Of a DNA stretch of 64,000 bases, positions 25,457 through 37,323 are shown one piece after another. The notes below the pieces were generated by a model, which worked only from the letters and a program-made list of their open reading frames with translations, ran no database searches and was not told the DNA's origin. The translations under genes and the position numbers were made by a program. The stretch's first letter is position 1, and the number at the start of each line of letters is the position of its first letter. The stretch is from Lama guanicoe (lineage: Eukaryota), in contig MU054187.1 of assembly GCA_013239625.1 (NCBI GenBank), forward strand, positions 12,317,325 through 12,381,324, written 5' to 3'.

Positions 25457-28400
25457 CAGCACAGGAATTCTGTCGTACAGAAGATGGTCTTATTTGTGTG
25501 CTCAGATGTGGTCACAGGTGTTCCTTGCACGCCTAGGAGGGTTTCAGTACAATGGTCGAATGATGTGGTTATTTACCAATACCTTGTGCCAGTCTAACAT
25601 TTTCTAGTTTTCTTCCATTTTAACAACATTATCTCATTTGAGGCAAATACTTATCCAGTAGGGATAAATAATAACTGATACAGAAAAATATGTTCACTTC
25701 AACCCAATGAATGGAACCTCAACTTATACCACAGATGACTTCATAAAACAGATACCACACGGTTAGGAACAAGCTCATAGAAAGAAGTCCTGTTCTGGTT
25801 GAAAACAAGGACTCTCTATGTAGAGCCAATCTCATTCTTACCTTTCTCAGAACATCTATATAGTTTCTAAAACATCTAATTCCAGGTCAGCTTATATAGC
25901 ATCCTATTCTTTTTCAGTCCACATAGTATTCGTTCGCAGGAAAACACCCTCATCTTACGGACTTCTAGAATGTTCACAAATTCCGTATTTTCCTATGGTA
26001 CCCTTTTTCCAATTACAGGCATAAATATTTTTAAAATGCCTTTCAAGCATTCCACACTAGAGATACCAATGTTACTTCTGCCTATAGAAACCACTATTGG
26101 TGGCAGAACAGAACAGTTCTCTAAATTTTCTTTTGAAATACAAAGGAAGAAAAGCAAAGGGAAAAATCAGTCAATATGACAATAAAAGGAGACAAATAAA
26201 AAGATGTAGAAAGATATTAATTAGACAGGAAAATCATCAGGTGAAAGCCCCTTAGTAATCACCATTCATTTTAATGAAAGATGGAGGGGAGACACAGTGG
26301 GGCCGAGAATGCAATGAGCACATACTGAGCTGAACTGCGCAAGTCTGCACCTTGTTGGGAAAAGAGCTTTAAACAGAGCTTCTGAAGCCTGGGCTGGGGC
26401 CCTCCTCCCATCATCAGCACTCTCTTCACCGCCTACCCTCAAAAGCCACAAGATCCACTCTGGGTCTCCACACAGAATCTATGCCCATTCCAAAGATCCC
26501 CTGAGAGCCCTTCTACCACGACCACGCTCTTGTGACCACATTCTTGAGGGGAAAAAGTGGTATCCAAAGAGTGAGAGATGTGGACTAGAGAGGACATAGA
26601 TAGTCAAAGTAGGCTGTGCTAAACAGGGGACACATTTAGAAGACAGGTCCACAGCTTCTATAGAAGCTGTTTAATATCTAACATAAATTAGGAATCTAAG
26701 AAATAATATTAAGGATAGTAAACGTTTCCACATGAACTGCCTCCAATATGGCCTTAGACACAACCTACTAAGAAAGGGCGCAGACTAAAATATTTAGTCC
26801 AATACTGAAGGGCTTTGGTGAGAAAAAAAAATGTGTTTAAAATCAATAGCTGTCAGCCTAAAACTTACAAGTGGGCTTCATCTATCCAAGAGGCTTTAAT
26901 TCTTTATTATGAGGCTTTTTCCCTAAGCACTCGATTCAAAATTATATTTCCATTACCTGCATGAGTACATGTCTGCAAATAAAATTCAGAAAACAAGAAA
27001 AACCACTATACAAAATTAAAGTCATTGGTTTAAAAACAAAAGTTCCTTGGATTCTTGGAATACTTATTGAATGCTTCCTGTCCTTTTCTAGAATTCTGAT
27101 TTTAGGAAGGATGAGTTTCCAGGAACTCTAGTGGCTACAATTCACACACTTTAGCAGAATCTGAGTCAAAATTCTGACCTTAAGCTCTGAGAAAAGAGAC
27201 ACTCTGTACCGCAAAATGTGCTACAGGTTCACAAAGGCAAAAGACTCATGCAGAATAGTGATCAATATACTCCAAATCTATACACAATAATCTGTAACTG
27301 ATATGGCAGAGAAATCTCCTGTGGTTCTCCTGAAGGAAAATAAAAGCAACCCAATCATCTCTGACTGTAGTATGACCTTCAAAAAACCATACCAACTCCT
27401 TGGGTGACCAGGAAACGTTCTTTTTTAGAAATAAATGCCAGTTACAAGCAGCCCAGATTTTTCCCTTCAACCATTGCTATTTCTTTAATACAAACTCTTA
27501 AAGCCATTCTTATTTGCCTCTTCTATAACACTGACCTTGTTTCAGCTTCTGTGCTTCATTAAAAGACACTGAATACTGTTTTGAAATGAAATAAATTCAA
27601 AATAACAGCATTTGTGAAATTAACATGAGAACTTTTGTGCTGATTTCTGAAGCTCTGTGGGAATAATGGTATTGAGTGCTACTATTTTTTCCCTTTTTTC
27701 CTCAGGAGGTGGACTTCACTTCCAGATACAGTGAAAAGACTACCAACAGAGTAACAGTTACACCAGTAACATATACAAATAGGACTGCTGCGAGTATAGC
27801 ATAGATTTTGGAGCTATTGCACAGAGGGACCAATAAGCACAGCACTCCAGCTTTTAGTAAAAACCAGTTCACAGGTACAAACAGTTTCAATTTAAATGTT
27901 TGATAATCAATCTCCATGTATTAAGTAGCACCACTCAAAAGTGTTTGAAAATTCTCTGTGTAAAATAATGACATATCTAAATGTTAAGGATTTTTTAAAA
28001 GCTATTTTTAAAAAGGAACTAAAGTGAAAACTATTACATAGACCCTGCTGAAATAAAAACAGAGATAATAATAAAATATGCCCAAGCCATACCATGATTT
28101 CAAAAAGTACTAATCCCCAAAATTAACATTTATAAGACTCTGTATTCTCAATGGTAAATGACATTTGATCACTTCTAGCCCTAACAATCTGACTTTATGA
28201 ATTCCGTGTGCTTTTTGTGGTTTCACTATGTCCAAAACACTGTCAAATCAAAGTACACGCTATAGAAATGAACTTAAAATAGGTTCAGAAGTAGAAGACA
28301 GGTCTTTGCTCTCAGAAAGATATCAAAGGAAGACCAGGAAGTGAGACAATAAAAGAGTTTACTCGTGTTCCAAGACACGTGGGGCATGTCTTATACACCA

Positions 28401-31315
28401 AGTGGGAGATGCAGAGAACGAAAGCAACACTTTCATCAAAACGTGAAATAAAAGCATGGTGGCTTGGTCTAGAAAGTTAAATGAGGCTTAATCTTCCAAA
28501 CTGTAAAGCACAAATAGGATTTGGATAGGCAGAAAAAGACTGAGCGCCACAAGCAAGGGTCAGTCAATACTGGCTAAAGGAGTCTGGCTGAAGTACAAGG
28601 CTTGTGTTCAAAGCAAGGAGGCTATAAAAATACATTGGGCCAAGACTTCAGCTTGGCCGAGTGGCAATAATAAGACTGAAAAGTTAAAGGGGTAATGAAA
28701 GGAAGAGTTTTTAGTAAGCTCAATCTCCAAGGGAACTGAGTTGCAGATGAGAGACCAAAACAGTAAAATGGTACAATAGTTAAATAAGGTAGAGAAACAC
28801 AGCCATTATTTAGGTTTTCAAGTCAAAGAAAATCTACTACTGAGGCTAAAGTAACTGATTAGCTGTATCGATGAAATTTATCAACTCTTCACTTTGTTTT
28901 TCATACAAAACAGCTTAAGTAGGTGGTTTATTTTATTAAACCTTTTCGCTGTATTTCTAAAGTGTCACATAACTAACTCTATTTATGTAAAAATCTACTT
29001 TAATTTAGAAAAATTAGGACAGTTGTTATCATTGGTCCCAAGCCTTTCTCAAAAGGAAATAAATGCCATTTCACAGTTTTGTTGATTCTGTTAGGGCCAT
29101 AAGGGTACCATCTGAGCACTAGAAGAAATCATTTATTGGTTGACCAATATAACCAATCCCTTCTAAAACTGAGCAATTTACTTTGTCATTCCCCTTGAGA
29201 AAGTCTAGTTTGTTATATACCCTGTAGATAATTTTCTCCAGAAATTATTTCCCACTTACATGAAAAAATATTTTAAACTATGAAATAAAAACTTACTGTA
29301 CTTATCCTATTTCAAAAGAACATATCCTACTTCAAAGGGCCCTTATATATGAGATACACACATACGTATAAATATGTCTGTTTATATATCATTTCCACGA
29401 TAGATTTCTGGTGCTCAGAGTGACTCAGGCAGTAGGAGAACTGGCGCACTGGCTCTTACTTAATTAACCCTTGGTCTTCCAAACACCATCACTTAATTAT
29501 GACCATGGTTCTCAGCCACAGCTGTTCCACTTGAACACATCCTAAGGGAATGTGTTCCACATCAAAAAGACCGACTCTTCTGGGAAAAAAAAAAATCTAA
29601 GCTTGTGGTGGGAAAATAATGGATCCAAGGTGAACACATCTGCTTCTTCACTTGTGTTGCTTATTCTTTGTTTCTAAGAAATAATATTGTAAAGAGTCAA
29701 GAAAAAGAAAAAATGAGAATGACAAAGGGGAAAAAAGTACCTAAAGGAACAGAAGCTACAATGAGAAGTTCATGACAGAAAGAAAATGCAAAATACTAAA
29801 AAAACAAACAAACAAACAAAAAACTTTAAAAAAAATCAACCCTGACATTTATGAAGAATAATAGCATGGGGATAGACTTCAAACTTCTAGACTAGTGATT
29901 TAAAATTAAATAAGAATCTCACATGACTTTATTGTGCTAGGTAATAATGATACATGTGCATTTAAATTAACTTAAAAATAAAAGGGAAGCTGAACAATGT
30001 AATATATTTAGCAGTACTAAACTGTACACTTACAAAATGAGATGGTAAATTTTATGTGTTTTTTTTTTACCACAATAATAAAAAAATATATAAAATAAAA
30101 GTAAGGCTACCTAGGACAATCTAGGATTTTTGTCCACTTAAAATAGAGGCATCAAATGGTTAGGAGCTCTCATTTAAAACATATATCTTGATTTTGTGGA
30201 AAAATATGAACAAAAGATTTCACTTATAAAGATACTAAAAAATGTTAGATTTATAGAAATTTCTGATACTCTGATAAAAAGATATTTTATTATCATGGCT
30301 ATCAACAAAAAACTTTGAGTACTAACCTGCAGAGTTGGGATTTTTTTATGTCTTTTTAAACCACATAAACACAAATATACTGCACTCGGGGAAATACATC
30401 AGTCCCAAGAGGACACAAGAACTACTGCAGCTTTTAAAATACATTAATTGCACTGGTTTCCTCAAAACCCAGAAAAGGAAATTCCCTATCACTTCAGGTC
30501 AACATCACAGGACATCTTAAGAGTTATTCTAAAAACTGTAATTTTTTAAAGTTCATTATTAGATAATATGATAGATTCACTTAATGTTAAATTATTAAGT
30601 AAAACCCATTAGGTTAAAAAATAATAAATTTTCAAAATGTAGATTGTATATGCATGTAATATTTGTCAGGTATTAGGAAAAAAAATTGTATTGGGCTAAA
30701 AATTATCTTAACTATTTTATGTTACGTAACCCATTAGGCTAAAGAAGAGTGGAAAAATTAGTGAGCTAAGATTACTGAGTTAATGGAGAAGGAAAATAGA
30801 ACAAGGAAAGAAAAAAATAAAACAGATATAAGGGTACATTCATTTTGAAACCCTACAGACCAAAAAAAAAAAAAAAATTCCAAGCAGAATTTAAAACAGT
30901 ATTTCTGGAAACCAAATTCTGTTCTAACACTAAAAGAGCTCAAAGGTCATCCACCCATACAAAACTAAACAAAACTAAAGTCTTCTCAGTTACTGGAAAG
31001 GAAGGAAAAAGAATACTATATTTAATATAGAAATTAGAATTTAACAAGTGCTAAGCTCAGCTGGGGTTATGCAGAACGAAGCACACACAGCCCACTGCAG
31101 AGGAGCAATTCCCTGGTACACGCCCTCTCCGCCGCTGCCCCCTACCCCGCTAAACCCTTAGAAGTGCCACAAATGTTCACTTTAAGTCATTTTATGATTT
31201 AGCCTATGCCATGTTTGTGTCATGGGAAGAGGGGAGTAGAATTCACATTCTTCTCACTGGTACTACCTCCATCATTTAAAAAAAGCATCCAAAACCATGG
31301 CTATCCCAAAGCTTG

Positions 31316-31470
31316 CTTTTTTTTTTAAAATGTATTGCACTTTTATTTATTTACTTTTGGGAGTGGCTAGGTTTAATTTTCTTTTTTTGGAGGAGGTACT
31401 GGGGCTTGAACCCAGGACCTTGTATATGCTAAGCATGTGCTCTATCCCTTGAGCTATACCCTCCACCCCG
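31316..31470 (-). mobile_element. tRNA-derived camelid SINE (vic-1-like, long form)
   Basis: Minus strand GGGGTGGAGGGTATAGCTCAAGGGATAGAGCACATGCTTAGCAT...GGTCCTGGGTTCAAGCCCCAGTACCTCC with A- and B-box-like motifs and an A-rich tail. TSD CAAAGCTTG at 31307-31315 and 31471-31479. Confidence 0.88.
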
Positions 31471-31489
31471 CAAAGCTTGTATTCTATGA

Positions 31490-32930
31490 ACTGTACTAAT
31501 ATGCACAAATGCGTACACAACAAATGTGAAGACTCTGGTGAACTTTAACAAACAGATAAATGTGCATTGCTACCGAAATTAATGTACACAACATTTTCAT
31601 CATTCCAGAAAGTTTCTTCATGACCCTTTAGAGTCAATTCATCACTGCCAGTCACTCCAGTCAACCCATTATCTGACTTGGATCACTATACCTCAGTTTT
31701 TCCTGTTCTAAATATATCATGGAAACATACTTCTTTTCATCAGCATAACACTTGTGAGATCCACCCATGTGGCTGTTATGTTTATCACCAGTTTGTACTT
31801 CTTTATTGCTGAATAGTATCCCGTTGTACGAATGTTACAATTTATTCAACCATTTACCCTGTTGATGGACATTTGGATTTGTCCCCGTTTGGGGCTGTTA
31901 TGAATAAAGCCACTAAGAACATTCATGTGTAAGTCTTACTGTGGACATGTGTTTACATTCCTCCTAGGTAAATGGTGAGTAATATGGTAAGAACACGTTA
32001 AACAAACTTCGCAAGAAAGTTTCTAAGAAACTGCCAATCTGTTTTCCAAAGTGGTAGCGCAGCTGATGCTCCCACCAGCAAAGAATGAGAGATCAAGTTT
32101 GCTTCACATTCTCCCCTATACTTGGTATTTATTGTCAGGTTGTTTTTTTTAATTTAGCTATTCTATTTCATTGGTTTTAATTTGCATTTCCCTGATGGTT
32201 CATGACACTAAGCATCTTCCCATGTGCTTATTGGCCATTTGCATATCTACTTTTTGTGAAGTATCTGTCCTAACCTTTCGAACATTTTTGAAGTTTGATT
32301 TCTTATTGTCAAGTTATAACTGGAGTTCTTCACATATTCTAGACACAAGTCTTCTGTATTGTGAATATTCTCTTCCAGTCTGTGGCTTGCCTTTTCATTT
32401 TCTCAACAGTTTCTTTAGAATAGCAGATGGCTTTGATTTTGATGAAGTCCAATTTACCAATTTTTTTCTTTTGTAGTTAGTGCTTTTTGTGTTCTAACAC
32501 ATATTTGCCTATCCCAAAGTTGGTATGATTTCATCCTATGTTCTCTTCTAAACCTTTTATAGTTTCAGCTTTTAAATTTAGGTCTATGAGCCATTTCAAA
32601 TGAAATTATATGCACATTATCAGAAAAAAGACAAGAGGACAAAGTCCATTTTTTCTTATACCAATATCCATTGTTTTAACATCATCTGTTGATCAGAAAG
32701 CAACTGACCACATATGTATGGGTATATTTGCAAGTCCTAGTCTGTTCCATTAATCTGTATGCCTGTCATTATGCCAATACTACACTGTCTTGATTCTTGA
32801 GGCTTTATAATAAGCCTTGAAATCAGATAGCGTAAGACCTTCAAGGTTGTTCTTCATTTTCAAAATAAATTCTGGCTATTCTAGGTCTTCGCATTTCCAT
32901 ATGAATTTTAGCACTAGCTTGTCAATTTAT
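31490..32930 (-). mobile_element. Old L1M fragment (3' UTR and ORF2 3' region)
   Basis: Reverse L1 motifs (tttattgctgaatagtatc, gttgatggacatttgg, ttggttttaatttgcatttccctgatg, tttgatgaagtccaattta, ttccatatgaattttag). Confidence 0.88.
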
Positions 32931-33752
32931 ATAATTTTTGACTCACTGCTGAGTGAGAAAAAAAGTGGCTTGGCAAACAATATTAAAAAAAAAATCCCAT
33001 TTTAGTCCAACCAAATCTATAAATAAAGGTACATGCATAAAAGAGACTCAAAGCATTGTAATAATACGTAAAAGCATTCTCTCTAAAGGGTGATTACAAA
33101 AAAAATGATTTTTTTTCTTTTTACTGATCTGTATTTTCCCAAACTGGTAATTTTAAGGAAAAAGTTATTTGTAATTAAGGATCACAAAAAGCCCATCAAT
33201 AACTTAAGTAGGGGAAAAAAGAACCGATGCTCAGTCATCCTATTTCCTCATCCTTCATCTCACATCTTATCTGTAAACACACAAAAAAAGATACGAAATG
33301 GTAACAACCTAGAACTCTCCTCTGGAGAGAGGGCTGCTGCAGGAATGAAGGAAAGATTTTCACTTTTTATTTTATATACTTTTCTAATGTTTCTTGTATT
33401 ACAATGGTCATGTTTATATATTTAAGAAAAATGAAAATATTTATCAATAAAAATAAAATAGATGTATTAGCTGAATGGAAGCACTGATGAAAAGATCATC
33501 CTAGAACATAACTACCCACCTCTATGCCTGTCATTTAAATTTTAAGTTAAAAAAAAGGCTTTTGCTTGGCTAGGAATATGGTATAAGGTGAGATAGCTGC
33601 TTCAGAAAAATCCAGAAAGGAATCATCCTGTGTCCTTCAGAATCAGAAGTAACCAGAATATACTATTTCAATAAACCCCAGGATAGCTAGAAATAAATGC
33701 TGAAGGCAAAAATAATGAGATTCAGAAGATAAATTTGTTTGTGATAGTACTG

Positions 33753-33866
33753 CTTTGTGGTTTGTTTTTTTGTTTTAATTTTTTTACGGAGGTACTGGGG
33801 ATTGAACCGTGGACCTTGCAAATGCTAAGCATGCGCTCTACCACTAAGGTACACCCCAACTCCCCC
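33753..33866 (-). mobile_element. tRNA-derived camelid SINE (vic-1-like, short form)
   Basis: ggaggtactggggattgaaccgtggaccttgcaaatgctaagcatgcgctctaccact; 12-bp TSD GTGATAGTACTG at 33741-33752 and 33867-33878. Confidence 0.9.
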
Positions 33867-34106
33867 GTGATAGTACTGTTAAACATAAACAACATCCCAA
33901 ATGATTACGCCATGGGTACTCAGTCCACATTTTGTAATACTGATTCAGACTCGGGGACCGATAAGTAAATCAAGGTGAATCACTAACAGTAGTGATTCTA
34001 ACACACCCAGGACAGTTCACAAATCAGCTGAAGTGTCAGACTACCCCTAAGTCCTAATACTTTCTTAGGAACTCTGCCCTTAATAGAACAGCATGAAATG
34101 TCCATA

Positions 34107-34323
34107 CAGCTGACCCTTCAACGACAGGGGGATTAGGCGCGCAGACTCTCCACACAGTGGAAAACCCCTGTATAACTCAGAGTCAGTCCTCCCTACACTC
34201 GCAGGGTCCCTCTGCATCTACGGTTCCACATCTGCACAACCAACCAACCACAGACAGTGTAGAACTGAAACTCGTGTACAAATGGACCTGCGCAGCTCAA
34301 ACCTGTGTTGTTCAGGGCAACTG
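34107..34323. mobile_element. Tigger2/MER8-like non-autonomous DNA transposon (MITE)
   Basis: Terminal inverted repeats CAGCTGACCCTTCAAC... and ...GTTGTTCAGGGCAACTG, with TA immediately to the left (34105-34106). Confidence 0.75.
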
Positions 34324-37214
34324 TCTAAATTCCATCCTATCAACAAGAAATCTTTGACTAGCAGAAGATAAAACCATATTAAATCCGTGAAACATAAAAT
34401 CTGTGTTCATGAAAGAGGCAGCACTAGTGAATTAAGCTTGAACCTGCCTACCAATATCCATTTGTTCTTTTCACTTTGACTTTATCATCTGACAAGTATT
34501 AAGATTCACCAAAAACATAAGCAAAAACCATGGGAGAAGAAACTTAAAGATGAGAACATTTTATCCATTAACTTATTTAGGAAACAAACCGTTCCACTCA
34601 ATTTTAGCAATGGAAGACCTCAGACCTCAGGTACGCTGTCTGAGCACCATTATTCCCCACCATACCAACAGTGAAGAGAGCACATGAGCAGAGGAAGTGT
34701 TCCAAATAGAGAACGCAGGGAGTCTTACAACGCTCACCTCAAGGTACACTATCACTTCCTATGCTAGGAATAAGCACCCCCAAAATTTAAACAGGCCATC
34801 AGTTGGTCTCCTTTAGATAGAGTAACTGATATTATCTAAATTTTCTAAACTTTCTGAGCAGAATCCACAGTAAAAACATATTTTACACAGTGGCCCAGTA
34901 TATACACATCCACAGTCATAAACACGAGTGTGTGTGTACAAACGCCTACCTTTACACTTGGTGCAAAGGCACTCTAAAATTTGTCTGTCATAGTCTCCAG
35001 TTTTATTTTTACACCACTTACAACTCACCAAAATGATAACCCACTTATGGACCATAACAAACAGTTCAAAAAATCCTATTATAGAAGCAAGAAAGAAGGA
35101 CATGAATAGATTTAATATCTTTGAATCCTGTTAGATTATGAAACAAATACAAAGCAACACTATTTTAAAGGTCTATGGATGGATGGTGCTTTATACTAAA
35201 CTTCTATAAAAAACAGACCAATGTAATTCAACTTTCATAGACACAGGAAAAATCGACTCGCCTTAAGCCCAAGGTAGCAGTGTTACAGATAAACATAGCA
35301 CTTATTTAATCTGTTTCCCGTCAAAATGTTATTCAGTTATATCTTTCAGCTTCAGTTAAAGAACTGGAGGCCTAGGCTGAGAAAGAGCTGCCTGAGAAAG
35401 TCAATCTCGTAGTCACTGATGATGCAAGAGCTCAGCTGGCCTGCTCTTGACCTCTGAGCAGCCCCCAAGCTCCGGCTAACATTGATGGCACATCGCCATC
35501 AATCTAAATTTTGAAAAATATATATTGATTTCCCACAAATGATGATAATGGGTTTTTTTTTTTGCAGTAAATGTACTTATACAATGTTTTCTTCTATACA
35601 CCAAGGCTAATAACAACACAAAGAATAAAAAAGTGCTTTATATATTTTTTAAGTTCTGTTAGTCAATCAAGCTCCCTAATGAGTCAAAATCCATACCCAA
35701 AAGTAACAAAAAAATTAAGGAAGCACCTTTAATAATTCTTACATTGTGGATAATGTACTCTTGAAGTCCTGATTACAAGGAAGATTTTTAAATATCATCT
35801 TACCTTCTTAAAGAAAATCTTATTTCCTATATATTAGAAATCTCCTACAATTTTAAGTCTTTGAAATAACTGAATTTAAAAAGGAGTAGTCTCATACAGT
35901 TAATTTAATTAGACATAAATAAGTAAAAATTAAATATTTAGTGTGTTACATTCATCAGTAGTGTATACAAAGTACCCACTAAAAAGGATTAAATCTCTTA
36001 ACATTTCCCATATCTCTGATCATTTTGGCAACTTGAGCCATCTTTCTAAGCAAATTATGTTGCACAGCTTTAAAAAAAACCCTTTACCATACATTTTCAA
36101 ATAAAATTATCTTTCATGCTACTGCGTGATGAACTGAAATTTTTAGTCTGTAATTCCAGGCACTGAATTGAAAAGAATGTTTCCCATTTCCATAGTACTA
36201 CAAGTAGAAATATGTAAATGAGTTCATGGGCAGAATCATTAATTTAGATAAAAAGTAAAAACACATTAATTGAACACCAAAAATGTGACAGTTCTTGCAC
36301 AAAATCTAAAATGAGACAGCTGCTACCACTGGAGCTTATAAATCTAAATTAAATGGGCAAAAAAGCAGAGAATTTTAATTCTTGTTTTCCAGGAAAATGA
36401 CAAGTCTGAAAGTCAGTGCTCCAATCTTTAAACTAACAGCAGTTAAGTCTGATATTGGCCTAATTATCAGTGCCAAAATTTTAGTTGGGGTTTGGGTAGG
36501 AAGCAGAAAATTTTGACCCAACTTAGAACCACAAGAGATCAAGTGAAATGGATTCCCTCTGGTTATTTCCTGGAAGATCTGGTCTGTAACACAGCCTTAG
36601 CACATACTGCTTACACCCCATATCAGCAGCCTTAAATAAAATAACCACAAACTGATTCTAAATAAGACCTAAATAATTATTGAGAAATGACTAATTATGC
36701 AGACCTGAAAACACTCTTAAATATTATTTCAAATATTTTATGTATCATTTGTTGAAAATTTGACAGGGAACTTTGGCTCTAAGTTGAGGGAAATAGACTT
36801 GTATGTAAAAATGAGAAGAGACATCAGCATTTTTGAACACCTACCCAAGGCCATTATAATGTATGACACGGATGCACGTCTCTGCAGTTGGCTGTAGTAG
36901 TATGCAAATGAAATGGTGGGGCCAGTGGGGGGTGAGGGGGGAACAGGGCCACTTTTTCAAGGGAGGTAGTTCAAGGTTTTCAGAATCTCAAAGGAATCTG
37001 GCTACACAAAACATAATTTCATTGATTTCTTACATAATCCTATGAGGTATTTATTACTACTTCAAAAATGGGGAAATTGAGACTCAGTGAATTTAAAAAG
37101 CTTTCCCAAGGTCAACTATTAGTAAAAATAAAAGCAATGCAAGTTTTTCTGGTTCCAAAGTCCCAGCTCTTAACTTACTATGCTAAAAAATGACAGCATA
37201 AAATGAAGAAATTG

Positions 37215-37323
37215 ATTTTGGGATTTTTGGGGGGGGGTAAATAGATTTTTTTTTTTATTTAATGGAGGTACCTTGTGCCTGCTAAGCATGTACTCTACCA
37301 CTGAGCTATAGCCTCCCCTCCTC
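37215..37323 (-). mobile_element. Camelid SINE (vic-1-like) with an internal deletion of the B-box
   Basis: ggaggtac|cttgtgcctgctaagcatgtactctaccactgagctata; imperfect TSD GAAGAAATTG (37205-37214) / GAAGAAACTG (37324-37333). Confidence 0.85.

Noticed and set aside
27702..27917. 71-aa hydrophobic ORF on the gene strand (possible membrane micropeptide)
   Set aside because: T-rich DNA readily gives hydrophobic translations. There is no recognisable homology or transcript support; the region is kept only as a candidate UTR exon.
31390..31470. tRNA-like sequence (also at 33790-33866 and 37260-37323)
   Set aside because: These are tRNA-derived SINE heads with A-rich tails and TSDs, not tRNA genes.
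35410..35460. C/D-box snoRNA-like motifs (CTGATGA ... CTGA)
   Set aside because: Only ~40 nt apart, imperfect C box, no terminal stem, and antisense to the host gene.
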